This document shows, one piece after another, positions 1 to 9,661 of a stretch of 64,000 bases of DNA. The position numbers were made by a program, and so were the translations under genes. The DNA is from Gammaproteobacteria bacterium (GTDB taxonomy: Bacteria; Pseudomonadota; Gammaproteobacteria; Eutrophobiales; Eutrophobiaceae). Every line of letters begins with the position of its first letter. Positions within the stretch are counted from its first letter, which is position 1. Under the pieces are notes generated by a model, which had not been told where the DNA came from, ran no database searches, and saw only the letters and a list, made by a program, of their open reading frames with translations. The stretch is taken from positions 1,472,001-1,536,000 of the forward strand of contig CBDCTH010000012.1 in NCBI GenBank assembly GCA_965222155.1. Direction: 5' to 3'.

Positions 1-262
1 ACACGGGACGCAATCCTCCCCGTTCCTGCCAGATACGCCAGACGGCATAACTCGCAGTCAATAGCGCAGGCTGGGTATATTCCGTTTGATTTAACCGATC
101 TTCCGGTCCATTGAGACACAAAGACAACAGGTCATAACTCAGCTTGGCAGATGCCTCGGCAAATATGTCGGAAACAAGCGGGTAGTTTTCTGCCAGGTCA
201 GAGAGCATTCCCACGGATTGGGAACCCTGCCCGGGAAATATGAATGCCAGCCCGCTGTTCAT
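1..262 (-). CDS. fabD: Malonyl-CoA:ACP transacylase (5' part, runs off window)
   Basis: Manual translation from ATG at 262: MNSGLAFIFPGQGSQSVGML...NQTEYTQPALL; FPGQGSQ and TQPA motifs; follows fabH. Confidence 0.93.
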   Translation of the reverse strand, partial: MNSGLAFIFPGQGSQSVGMLSDLAENYPLVSDIFAEASAKLSYDLLSLCLNGPEDRLNQTEYTQPALLTASYAVWRIWQERGGLRPV

Positions 263-263
263 G

Positions 264-1220
264 CTAGTACTTAACCAGTGCCGAGCCCCAGGTAAATCCT
301 CCACCAACAGCTTCCATGAATAGAATATCTCCCTGCTTGATGCGGCCGTCACGGATACCGACATTCAGTGCCAGCGGGATGGATGCGGCTGAAGTATTGC
401 CGTGTTCCGTTACAGTCAATATCACTTCATCCATACTCATACCCAGTTTTTTCACAGTAGCGGTTATTATTCTCTGGTTTGCCTGATGCGGCACGAGCCA
501 GTCTATATCGTTTTTTGTCAAATCGGTATGTGCAAGCGTTTCATCCACGATCTCATCCATTGCCTTAACTGCAAACTTGAAAACTTCGTTGCCCTGCATA
601 CGGATGAAGGGTTCAGCGCTTGGGGAGGAAACTCCGGAAGGCACCTGCAAGTAGTCACTATAGCTGCCATCGGCATGTAATAATGTCTTATAGACGCCGG
701 GTGTATCACTTCTGTCCAGGATGACGGCGCCAGCGCCGTCTCCGAATAACACACAAGTCGTTCGGTCTGTCCAATCCAGTATCCTGGAGTTCATGTCGGC
801 GCCGACGATAAGGGCGCGCCGGATTGCCCCGGACCTGATATATTGATCTGCGATACTCAAAGCGTAAATAAAACCGGAACACACGGCCTGGACATCAAAT
901 GCAGCCGCGCCGTTACGCAAGCCGAGTCTTTTCTGAACCAGGCAAGCCGTACTGGGGTAGATAAGATCGGGAGTTGAAGTGGCAATGATAATCAGATTGA
1001 TGCTGTCAAGTTCAATGCGGGCCATTTCAATGGCCTGTAGCGACGCATTACAGGCCATTTCCGATGTGGTTTCATCCTCCCGGGCAATGTGCCGCTGTTT
1101 TATGCCCGTGCGCGAGCGGATCCATTCATCCGATGTGTCCACCAGGCTTTCCAATTCCGCATTGAGCATAACCCGTTCCGGAAGATAACCGCCACAGCCA
1201 ATGACTTGAGAGTAGTACAA
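264..1220 (-). CDS. fabH: 3-oxoacyl-ACP synthase III
   Basis: AVCSGF, LFGDGAGA, PHQAN, HGNTSAAS, GGGFTWG motifs. Confidence 0.97.
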   Translation of the reverse strand: MYYSQVIGCGGYLPERVMLNAELESLVDTSDEWIRSRTGIKQRHIAREDETTSEMACNASLQAIEMARIELDSINLIIIATSTPDLIYPSTACLVQKRLGLRNGAAAFDVQAVCSGFIYALSIADQYIRSGAIRRALIVGADMNSRILDWTDRTTCVLFGDGAGAVILDRSDTPGVYKTLLHADGSYSDYLQVPSGVSSPSAEPFIRMQGNEVFKFAVKAMDEIVDETLAHTDLTKNDIDWLVPHQANQRIITATVKKLGMSMDEVILTVTEHGNTSAASIPLALNVGIRDGRIKQGDILFMEAVGGGFTWGSALVKY

Positions 1221-1223
1221 TAG

Positions 1224-2237
1224 TCAATTCCTGGTTAATAATGCTTCCAGCCGGGATGTGATGCGTGCCGGGATGTTTTTCTCTATCTCAAGAATAGCCT
1301 CTTCGATAGCGTTGGCAAAGGATACTCTGTCTGCACTGCCGTGGCTTTTTATAACGATTCCGCGTAAACCAAGCAGGCTCGCACCGTTATAACGCCGGGG
1401 GTCGGTTTTTCTGCGGATGGTTTTTAATACCGGTCTTGAGAGTATTGCAGCCATTCTGCCATACAGGTTTTTGTTAAATCCGCTAATTACGTGGTGGTAG
1501 AAAAATTCGGCTACCCCCTCACTGGCTTTTAGCGCGATATTACCGACAAACCCGTCACACACGATAACGTCCGCATCGCCGGAATATATGTGGTTGCCCT
1601 CAACAAATCCGATGTAATTGATGTGACTCTTGGACAGTAATGAGGCGGCCTGCTTCACCCGATCATTGCCTTTATTCTCCTCAGTCCCAACGTTCAATAA
1701 CCCCACCTTTGGCAATACGATATTTTTAATGGCGCCGGTCAGTTCTGCCCCCATAACGGCGAACTGGAATAATTGCCCCGCGCTGGAGTCAATATTGGCG
1801 CCGAGATCAAGTATATGCGTGTGACCATTGATGCCTGGTATGGTTGTGCATATCGCCGGTCTGTCAATTCCCGGCAACATCTTCAGGATGTAACGCGAAA
1901 TAGCCATTAATGCACCGGTATTGCCGGCGCTTACACAGGCCTGTGCCTGCCCCTGCTTCACCAGTTCAATAGCCACCCGCATAGATGATTTCTTCTTGTT
2001 GCGTAACGCAGAGGATGGCGCTTCGTCCATCGCCACGACTTCCGGCGCATGAATTACCTGAATTCTGACGGATAAGTCATGTTTCAGGTGCGCCAGTCTT
2101 GGTTTGATTACGTCTTCCAGCCCTACCAGCAGAAGCTCGAGATCATGATGTTTTTTCAGCGCATAAATTGCAGCGGGGACAATCTCACCAGGTCCATGGT
2201 CTCCCCCCATGGTATCGAGCGCAAGACGGAATGCCAT
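1224..2237 (-). CDS. plsX: Phosphate acyltransferase PlsX
   Basis: DTMGGDHGP, SAGNTGAL, DLGAN, DGFVGN, KSHGS motifs; synteny. Confidence 0.97.
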   Translation of the reverse strand: MAFRLALDTMGGDHGPGEIVPAAIYALKKHHDLELLLVGLEDVIKPRLAHLKHDLSVRIQVIHAPEVVAMDEAPSSALRNKKKSSMRVAIELVKQGQAQACVSAGNTGALMAISRYILKMLPGIDRPAICTTIPGINGHTHILDLGANIDSSAGQLFQFAVMGAELTGAIKNIVLPKVGLLNVGTEENKGNDRVKQAASLLSKSHINYIGFVEGNHIYSGDADVIVCDGFVGNIALKASEGVAEFFYHHVISGFNKNLYGRMAAILSRPVLKTIRRKTDPRRYNGASLLGLRGIVIKSHGSADRVSFANAIEEAILEIEKNIPARITSRLEALLTRN

Positions 2238-2417
2238 TTCAGCTCAAAGACAAGCTCAAACGGTAACACCCCGTTTGCAATATAGGACTATCCTGACCAC
2301 GGAGAATCTGACGTTGAATATCCTCTATATGTATTTTCTCCATATCTTTCCCGTGGCAACATTAAACTGTTATTTTTTCAATACTGTCCGTATCGAGCAG
2401 GGCTTGACAGGTCGGAC

Positions 2418-2606
2418 TTATTCATTTTCTTCTTCTTCGGAATTCAGTACTTTAGCTCCCCGGTAATAGCCATCAGGACTGATATGATGGCGTCTGTGCA
2501 CTTCGCCGGTTGTTGGTTCTATCGATAGACAAGGAGATTTCAGCGAGTCATGAGCGCGCCGGGAATCCCGTTTTGAACTTGATTTCTTTCGTTGTTGTAC
2601 AGCCAT
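2418..2606 (-). CDS. rpmF: 50S ribosomal protein L32
   Basis: [15 protein letters not shown]...[17 protein letters not shown]. Confidence 0.96.
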   Translation of the reverse strand: MAVQQRKKSSSKRDSRRAHDSLKSPCLSIEPTTGEVHRRHHISPDGYYRGAKVLNSEEEENE

Positions 2607-2622
2607 GGCAACAGCCTCCTGA

Positions 2623-3123
2623 TTATCCTGATTTCAGTTCTTTTAAAATATGAAACGGGTTTGACCCGACGTGAGCGTGTTCCATTGCCGACTCTACTGC
2701 AGCACACTCCTGCGGCACATGCATCGGTGAAATCGGCAAGCCCAGTAAAATTTCATCTTCAACAAAATCTGCCAGTGCAATAATTTCCTGTTTTAATATC
2801 AATGGTTCCAGTGTCGCCGGCAGTTTTTTCAATGCTGCCCCTTCAAAAGTAATGCCCACATTGATTGTGTGGGCAAGGTTTACCGTAATAGGTTCCAGGC
2901 ACCGCTGGCAAACCAGTTGCAGGGTTGTCTCATACCTGCCGGTGATAAAAATGAACCCATCCTCAGAACGGTGAAAAGCAAGTTTCAGGTCAACCATTCC
3001 CCGACTGTCCATCAACAACTCAGCAAGACGGGTCATCTTGTGCAACTCAAGCCGCCCTTCAATACAAGCTCCGGCTTCCGCCAGACGCTCGGGCGCGATA
3101 AATTGGGGCATATCCGACGACAT
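2623..3123 (-). CDS. yceD: YceD/DUF177 family protein (start probably ATG 3123)
   Basis: [22 protein letters not shown] motifs; directly upstream of rpmF. Confidence 0.9.
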   Translation of the reverse strand: MSSDMPQFIAPERLAEAGACIEGRLELHKMTRLAELLMDSRGMVDLKLAFHRSEDGFIFITGRYETTLQLVCQRCLEPITVNLAHTINVGITFEGAALKKLPATLEPLILKQEIIALADFVEDEILLGLPISPMHVPQECAAVESAMEHAHVGSNPFHILKELKSG

Positions 3124-3133
3124 CAGGACCGGA

Positions 3134-3162
3134 AGTTTAACGACCGTAGAACTGACTGTCAA
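3134..3162 (-). promoter_or_regulatory. Putative sigma70 promoter for yceD-rpmF-plsX-fabH
   Basis: Minus strand TTGACA (3162-3157), 17-bp spacer, TAAACT (3139-3134). Confidence 0.55.
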
Positions 3163-3202
3163 TCTATTGACTTGACAGCAGGTTACGGATCATCATGTAC
3201 AA

Positions 3203-3790
3203 ATGACAACGGACATAAAACTGATACTGGCATCTTCGTCAATCCATCGCAAAACCTTGCTGGAACGGTTGCGAGTTCCTTTCAGATGTTACTTCCCGAA
3301 TATAGACGAGAGCATCATGACCGGTGAATCAGCGCCCGCTTTAGTTGAACGACTGGCCCGGGCAAAGGCCTTGACGATTGCACAGCAGCACCCCGGCGCA
3401 CTGGTAATAGGTTCGGACGAAATTGCTGTCGTAGCTGGACAAATCCTGACGAAACCCGGGGGGCATGCAGACGCAGTGCGGCAGCTTAAACTAATGTCCG
3501 GACAGGTTGTAAAATTTCTGACATGCGTTTGCCTTGTCAACAGTCGCTCAGGACGGCAGCAACTTGATACGGTCACGGTAGAAATTCAGTTCAGGGAATT
3601 AACTGATGCTGAGATTGACAGTTATCTGGATTGGGATAAACCTTACGATTGTGCAGGCAGTTTCAAGTCGGAGGCCGCAGGCATTACTCTGGTTCAACGA
3701 ATCAGTAGTGATGATAATACTGCCTTACTGGGGCTACCTTTGATATCTTTGCAGAGAATGTTGCGTAACGAAGGTTATAAAATACCTTAA
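3203..3790 (+). CDS. yceF: Maf-family nucleotide pyrophosphatase (YceF type)
   Basis: LILASSS.HR, IGSD, KP, CAGSFKSE, GLPL; divergent from yceD. Confidence 0.9.
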   Translation: MTTDIKLILASSSIHRKTLLERLRVPFRCYFPNIDESIMTGESAPALVERLARAKALTIAQQHPGALVIGSDEIAVVAGQILTKPGGHADAVRQLKLMSGQVVKFLTCVCLVNSRSGRQQLDTVTVEIQFRELTDAEIDSYLDWDKPYDCAGSFKSEAAGITLVQRISSDDNTALLGLPLISLQRMLRNEGYKIP

Positions 3791-3812
3791 TATTATTTAT
3801 TAACCCGTTATA

Positions 3813-4784
3813 TTAATTGAATATATATGGATTATAAGTCTGTTTTATCCGGTTTGAGAACAACGCGCCGATTGCGCGTGAGAATTGCTCCAGCAAGGTA
3901 TCCTGGTAAGTAAAATCGACTATCTCTTCGGCGCCGATCACATCACGGGCAACATAGTCGGCATTGCCCAGGCCGTCAACCAGACCTAACTCTACGGACT
4001 GTTCGCCTGTCCATACCAACCCGGAAAAAATTCTCTCATCCTCGACCAGACGGTCCCCCCGGCCTTCTCTTACAATCTGCACAAACTGTTGATAAATTCC
4101 GTCCAGCAGTTGATCAAGATGATTAAGTTCTTCGTCCCGCTCGGGTGCAAACGGATCAAGGAATGCCTTGTGTTTGCCTGCATGATACACGCGCCGCTGA
4201 ATCCCCAGCTTTTCGATGGCATCTACAAAACCAAAACTGGCCATTATCACCCCGATTGAGCCAACCAGACTGGCCTTGTCGGCATAAATACTGTCTGCCG
4301 CCACGGCTATATAATAGCCTCCGGAGGCGCACAGGTCACTGATTACTGCGACGACCGGAATGTCAGGACGATCATTTTTCAGACGATTTATCTCATCATT
4401 GACATAACCCGCCTGCACAGGACTGCCTCCCGGGCTGTTAATGCGGATAATGATGCCTGCAGTATTGCTATCCTCATAAGCCGCACGCAAACTTGCTGTT
4501 ATATAATCAGCCCTGGCTTGTTCACTATTGGCAATAACACCCTGAATATCTATCAGTGCCGTGTGTTTGCCACCTGGTAGCTTGCCGGGTGACAGGTCGG
4601 TTTTACCAAACAGGTAAATTAACAGGAAAAGCAGCATGAACGAAACGATAATCAGCTTGAATGCTATGTTCCAGCGCCTGGCGCGGCGTTGCTCGGCCAG
4701 AAACTCCCTGGCAATCTGATTCACCAGGGTCTGTTCAAACCCTGAATCGGTCTCACCGGTATCCTGTTGCCAAGTGTCACTCAT
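3813..4784 (-). CDS. S49 family peptidase (SppA-like)
   Basis: INSPGGS, CASGGYYIA, VGSIGV motifs; N-terminal TM helix. Confidence 0.93.
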   Translation of the reverse strand: MSDTWQQDTGETDSGFEQTLVNQIAREFLAEQRRARRWNIAFKLIIVSFMLLFLLIYLFGKTDLSPGKLPGGKHTALIDIQGVIANSEQARADYITASLRAAYEDSNTAGIIIRINSPGGSPVQAGYVNDEINRLKNDRPDIPVVAVISDLCASGGYYIAVAADSIYADKASLVGSIGVIMASFGFVDAIEKLGIQRRVYHAGKHKAFLDPFAPERDEELNHLDQLLDGIYQQFVQIVREGRGDRLVEDERIFSGLVWTGEQSVELGLVDGLGNADYVARDVIGAEEIVDFTYQDTLLEQFSRAIGALFSNRIKQTYNPYIFN

Positions 4785-4814
4785 GTTCCAGACCGCGTAA
4801 TTTACCGCTGTGCG

Positions 4815-6833
4815 TTATTCTTCCGGCGTTACGCTAGTGGCGGGTTCCTTTTTTTCCATTCCGTCATCAGGTTTGATGTTGCTCTCAGCAATGTCACTCA
4901 CCTGTTTCTTTTCACGTGTATTCCTGGTCCTCGAGGTGGAGCGGGATTGCCTGTTTTCATTATTGCCCTGGTCCCTGTTTCCCTGTCGGCGTTGGCTGTT
5001 CCCCGATGAGTTACCGCTTCTACGGGGACCTCTGCGTTGTTGTTGCCTGTTCGCATTATTACCGGTATTTCTGCCCCTGCTTCTAGGGCGCGGCGACTGG
5101 GGTTTGTTAGGCGTCGATGTGCTATCCTGCCGCTTCTGATCATCAGTGCTACTGAACAGTTTAGCAAACAATCGGCTCATCAGCCCTTTACCCTTATTCT
5201 TTTTTGCCACGGGAACCGGTCTTTCCGGAATAACCTGAGTTAACGCAGGTTTTTCCGGCATTTTCCGGTTGTCATTGGTAATAGCGCCTGCAGTATTGTC
5301 CTGTTTGGCCTCCGCGAATTTGTAACTCTCTTTCTGGAATGAATCCGTTGCAGACTCCGACAGGTTTATGCGTTGTACTTGATATTGTGGAGTCTCCATC
5401 ATCGGGTTAGGACTGATAATAATTTCCACGTCAAGACGTTGTTCTATTTCGCGTACGGACTGACGCTTTTCATTCAACAAAAAGGTAGCGGCGTCCACCG
5501 GCATTTGAGCCACTACTTTAGCCGTCAATTCCTTCATGGCTTCCTCCTGGATAATTCTCAGGACCGCCAGTGACAGCGACTTGATCCCGCGGATAGTTCC
5601 TTGTCCGTCACAGCGCGGGCACGGTATGTGGCTTGATTCCCCCAGCGATGGCCTTAATCTCTGGCGCGACATCTCAAGCAGGCCAAAGCGCGAAATACGC
5701 CCCGTTTGTACTCTGGCGCGGTCTACCTTGAGGCCATCCCTCAGGCAGTTTTCCACCTCGCGTTGGTTCCTGTTGTTTGCCATATCGATAAAGTCGATGA
5801 CAAACAGGCCGCCCATATCACGCAGGCGTAATTGGCGTGCGATTTCATCAGCTGCTTCCAGGTTGGTATTAAACGCCGTTTCTTCTATATCTTCACCCTT
5901 GGTGGCGCGCGCTGAATTGATATCAACAGACGTCAGGGCCTCGGTGTGATCGATGATCAGCACTCCTCCGGAGGGAAGCTGAACCTCGCGGGCAAAAGCT
6001 GTTTCTATCTGCCCTTCAATCTGGTAGCGGCTGAATAAGGGATCGCTCCCTGAATAAAGTTTCAATTTGTTCAGGTTATGGGGCATAACCTGCTGCATAA
6101 AGTCCCGCGCCCTGTGGAAGATGTCATTATCATCGACCCAGATCTCGGCGATATCGCTCCTCAGGTAATCCCGGATTGCCCTGATGATTACTTCACTCTC
6201 CTGGTAAATGAGGAACGGCCCTGCTTTTTCCTTGGCTGTTGTCTTGATGGAATCCCAAAGCACCTTGAGGTAGTCCATATCCCATTGCAATTCTTCAGCA
6301 CCCTTACCTACGCCGGCGGTGCGCAGTATCAAGCCCATGCCCTGAGGTATTTCCAGTGTACTCATCGCCTCACGGGCATCACTGCGGTCATTGCCTTCGA
6401 TTTGTCTGGAAACTCCCCCGGCCCTGGGATTATTCGGCATAAGCACCAGGTAGCGCCCGGCAAGACTGATAAATGTGGTCAGGGCCGCTCCCTTGTTCCC
6501 GCGTTCTTCCTTTTCCACCTGGACTATATATTCCTGTCCTACTTCCAATGCGTCCTTGACGTTTACGCGGCTGCGATTATCCTCATTATTCCTGGCTTTG
6601 AGAAGGGAGTGAGCAATTTCCTTAAACGGCAGGAACCCGTGCCTTTCGGCGCCGAAATCAACAAATGCAGCTTCAAGACTGGGTTCTATCCTGACTATAC
6701 GGCATTTATAGATGTTTGATTTCTTCTGTTCCCGCCCTGTTGCTTCAATATCAAGATCATACAGACGTTGGCCATCCACTAGCGCCACCCGCAACTCCTC
6801 CGGTTGAGTTGCGTTAATCAACATTCTTTTCAT
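4815..6833 (-). CDS. rne: Ribonuclease E with a short C-terminal region
   Basis: [42 protein letters not shown] Zn-link, amphipathic [11 protein letters not shown]. Confidence 0.96.
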   Translation of the reverse strand: MKRMLINATQPEELRVALVDGQRLYDLDIEATGREQKKSNIYKCRIVRIEPSLEAAFVDFGAERHGFLPFKEIAHSLLKARNNEDNRSRVNVKDALEVGQEYIVQVEKEERGNKGAALTTFISLAGRYLVLMPNNPRAGGVSRQIEGNDRSDAREAMSTLEIPQGMGLILRTAGVGKGAEELQWDMDYLKVLWDSIKTTAKEKAGPFLIYQESEVIIRAIRDYLRSDIAEIWVDDNDIFHRARDFMQQVMPHNLNKLKLYSGSDPLFSRYQIEGQIETAFAREVQLPSGGVLIIDHTEALTSVDINSARATKGEDIEETAFNTNLEAADEIARQLRLRDMGGLFVIDFIDMANNRNQREVENCLRDGLKVDRARVQTGRISRFGLLEMSRQRLRPSLGESSHIPCPRCDGQGTIRGIKSLSLAVLRIIQEEAMKELTAKVVAQMPVDAATFLLNEKRQSVREIEQRLDVEIIISPNPMMETPQYQVQRINLSESATDSFQKESYKFAEAKQDNTAGAITNDNRKMPEKPALTQVIPERPVPVAKKNKGKGLMSRLFAKLFSSTDDQKRQDSTSTPNKPQSPRPRSRGRNTGNNANRQQQRRGPRRSGNSSGNSQRRQGNRDQGNNENRQSRSTSRTRNTREKKQVSDIAESNIKPDDGMEKKEPATSVTPEE

Positions 6834-7299
6834 TGTAAATGTCCTTCACTTTTCAGCTCGACCATGCTCTGACTGACTGTCAGCAGCCGGTTATCCCGGC
6901 TGACGGATGGGAGCCACGTTAATCTGTTCTCGTGCTGCCGTTTTGCAGCTACGACTAATCCCGGGTATGCCGATATGGATACATTTTCATATCCGGCACA
7001 GTCGCGCGCCCCGGGCTGCTAAAACTTACAATACCCGCATGATAACAACTTCACTCGGTTATCATCTATTTTCACGTTACCCTGCAAAACGCTTGTTAAG
7101 CCATGTTAAATCGATGTCAGGTTCGGAGCACCGTTAGTCAAAACTAATCCGGTTTATTCTGGCTCCTTTTCTCAATTTCTGTTCCTGTTAAAGACATGTG
7201 TCCTGATATGGCTTATCCTTGCAGGATATCTGATGATCAGCATCGACACGGCAACTATAACAAATTTAAAGCGTTACGGCAATGTCATTGTCAGGAATT

Positions 7300-7321
7300 G
7301 TTAGGAACACATAAACTGTCC
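7300..7321 (+). mobile_element. Solo IS-end-like 22-mer, identical to 39336-39357
   Basis: GTTAGGAACACATAAACTGTCC occurs at both sites; the 39336 copy precedes a transposase N-terminal fragment. Confidence 0.6.
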
Positions 7322-7512
7322 TCATCTGTAACACCTGCCTGCAACACCTGAAGAGTTTGCCAGTTGATACACTTTTCAGTTTGACCAGAACCGACTCAAA
7401 TGAGATTAGAATCTTCTCTGCCAAATTCGGACATTGTTTCAATAACAGTTGATTTTAGAGTTTTATCAATTATTATGACGGTATTTACTATCATAAATAC
7501 TGAGGTGCGACC

Positions 7513-7863
7513 ATGAAGTTTCAGGAATTCGTTCAAAATGAAGTGTTCTCGCCTGCACTTGTCGCAGTTGCTTTGCGTACCACCAAGTCCGAGATTGCCG
7601 ATACGTTAGGGCTGGGTCAGGATGCATTCTCGCGAACTTCTCGCATCCGGGCAAGGAAGACGCAGGTACGGCTGCGGCAAATGTTGGAAATCCTTCATCG
7701 GGTTTCAGTCCATACCGGTTCCAACCTGGCGGCCTATGCCTGGTTCCGCGCAGAGCCATTGCCAGGCTTCGGTGGTATGACACCCGACCAACTGGTACGT
7801 GAAGGTAAGGCGGATGACGTTCACACCCATCTCGACCGGGTCATGGCCGGTGGTTATGCCTGA
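7513..7863 (+). CDS. Xre/MbcA/ParS-type antitoxin
   Basis: HTH-like N-terminus; C-terminal AWF..EPLPGFGG.TP.QLV..G; upstream of a RES gene. Confidence 0.85.
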   Translation: MKFQEFVQNEVFSPALVAVALRTTKSEIADTLGLGQDAFSRTSRIRARKTQVRLRQMLEILHRVSVHTGSNLAAYAWFRAEPLPGFGGMTPDQLVREGKADDVHTHLDRVMAGGYA

Positions 7864-7878
7864 TATGTCGCCTTCCTG

Positions 7879-8388
7879 ATGCGCTTCCGGGGTCTCGTCT
7901 ACCGTGCACATAATCCACGGTGGGCCTGGGCGCCAACTTCCGGGGAGGGGGCGCGTCGCTATGGAGGACGCTTCAACCGGGCTGTAGTTCCGGCACTTTA
8001 TACGTCCCTGTCGCCGGTCACAGCCATGAGAGAGGCGAGTTCGGTAGGGCGACCACTACAACCGATCACATTGTGTGCCTACACGGTGGATGCCGAACCC
8101 ATCTTCGATATATTGGACCCCTTACAGCGAGAGGCTGAGGGGGTTACCGAGGCCGAATTCCATTGCCCGGACTGGGAACAGAAAATGCTGATGGGTATTA
8201 TCCCGGCATCGCAGGGTTTGGCTGAGCGGCTGAGTGCGGGCGGTTACGTGGGAATGCGGGTTCGGAGTTTCACGCCGGGAGCCACAGCAGATGATCTCAA
8301 TCTGGTGTTCTGGCGTTGGGGTAATCTTCGACCCAGCCGGGTCGTGCTGATTGACGATGAGGCACGTTTACCAAAGGATGAAATGTAA
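7879..8388 (+). CDS. RES-domain toxin
   Basis: YR..., [20 protein letters not shown]...REA, VRS, NLVFW. Confidence 0.88.
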   Translation: MRFRGLVYRAHNPRWAWAPTSGEGARRYGGRFNRAVVPALYTSLSPVTAMREASSVGRPLQPITLCAYTVDAEPIFDILDPLQREAEGVTEAEFHCPDWEQKMLMGIIPASQGLAERLSAGGYVGMRVRSFTPGATADDLNLVFWRWGNLRPSRVVLIDDEARLPKDEM

Positions 8389-8397
8389 AGAATACCA

Positions 8398-8680
8398 GGC
8401 CCTGATTGTGGGCGAGCATGGTCCAAACACGTCTCAGCGTTTCAGCCGGCACGCGCGAACCGAATTGCGGTACGTCACGCTCAAGACAAGTACGGATAAA
8501 ATCCTGTCTTAATGCAAGGCTTTCGGTATCTGACGCGGCCAGAAAACTGTCAGGGAGACCACCGCGTAGCCAGAGCCGATCTTGACCGGGGACCAATGAT
8601 GGCGACCGCTGCTTGACGCTTCATAGCGCCAAGCACTTGTTTTTCAATATTACGCCCCAGCAATTCCCGCTAAATCGAGG
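8398..8680 (-). pseudogene. Internally deleted AAA ATPase (AAA_14/DUF4143-like) remnant
   Basis: [12 protein letters not shown]-terminal piece joined to [15 protein letters not shown]...[27 protein letters not shown]. Confidence 0.7.
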
Positions 8681-8783
8681 TCAATACAGTTGCACACAAT
8701 AATAAATCGTAGTCCGGATCCATGTAGTCAAGAACGTCGTTGGATTTGGTTTTACTAGCTGTAAGTTGTGCCAGAAACGCACT

Positions 8784-8919
8784 GCGGAAGTTTCGAAAAT
8801 TTGATGACGGTTTCTTCGTCTGTTTTAAAAACGGCGTATTCGGAGCCGACTGAATTCTTGGTGAATGTAATTTCGGGAATGGCTGGTTTTATCTGTATGG
8901 TTTGACATGTATCGTTCAT
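8784..8919 (-). pseudogene. 5' fragment of Uma2-family endonuclease
   Basis: Matches the first ~45 codons of 28716-29483, then is deleted. Confidence 0.8.
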
Positions 8920-8943
8920 TATCGTAAGACGATCTGTTAATTT

Positions 8944-9290
8944 TTACAGGAAATATATTAGCAGGGCAATAATGCCCGTATAGACGCCTATTGCCGATAT
9001 TGTCCATTTGATTTGTTCGGATTTCGCGGCTTCAATATCGTGTTTTGTGGCCAGTCTGAGTCCTTCAATATCTTGTTTTGTGGCCAGTCTTAGTCCTTCA
9101 ATATCTACTTTGAGTCCTTCAATAGTCCTTCAATATCGTGTTTTGTGGCCAGGTTGCTGTTGATCAGTTTTACCTGTTCGTCGGACAATGCTTCAGCCTG
9201 GGCCGTTGTGAAGCCGACATCGGTCATTCGTTGGATGAAGCGGTGAGTGTCAAAGGCGATGGCATTTGTCATGGTTGGATTATCCTCCAT
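8944..9290 (-). pseudogene. Frameshifted DUF1640/CCDC90-like gene
   Basis: Copy of 29508-29843 with an 11-bp duplication (AGTCCTTCAAT) near 9113-9134. Confidence 0.85.
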
Positions 9291-9427
9291 TATAATTTTA
9301 GCATATTGTTATGTGGGGCGGTAATTTGACTAGTTATAGCTGCTTTTTTATGGCAGGGCAACCGCATACTTTTATATATCATAAGGACTGTCCAAATAGA
9401 ATCTCCGCCCGTCTTGCATCACTCCAC

Positions 9428-9530
9428 AAGGTCTTATGATTGGCCTTCAGACACAAGGTGTAATCGCCCCCCTTCTCGTGTCCGGGCAATCTTCTTCTGC
9501 GTGCTCATGGCCCCAGGCCGTGATGCGGTG
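9428..9530 (-). pseudogene. ISAs1-family transposase fragment
   Basis: Minus strand reads AMSTQKKIAR / EKGGDYTLCLKANHKTL, resembling the ISAs1 DAMGCQK.IA...GGDYVLALKGNQ motif. Confidence 0.55.
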
Positions 9531-9661
9531 CAAGGCCGCCTGCCTCACCCCGTAATGGGACCGCCGTGAAGTACTGGCAAGCTTATAAAAGCAATGACTG
9601 ACTTAAGAACACTCGATAATCTGGCGCGCCCTGGGCTATCGCCTTTCAACAACCCCATACC

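Larger units (their letters stand above)
8784..9387 (+). repeat. ~600 bp direct repeat, copy 1 (copy 2 at 29348-29940)
   Basis: Near-identical sequence; further shared blocks at 8398-8491/28530-28623 and ~8744-8784/~28627-28668. Confidence 0.95.

Noticed and set aside
6834-7260. rne 5' UTR autoregulatory RNA
   Set aside because: A long leader with a small hairpin is present, but I cannot match it to the known motif without a covariance search
8784-9387. Duplicated segment as a DGR template/variable repeat pair
   Set aside because: Few differences, not adenine-specific, and no reverse transcriptase in the window
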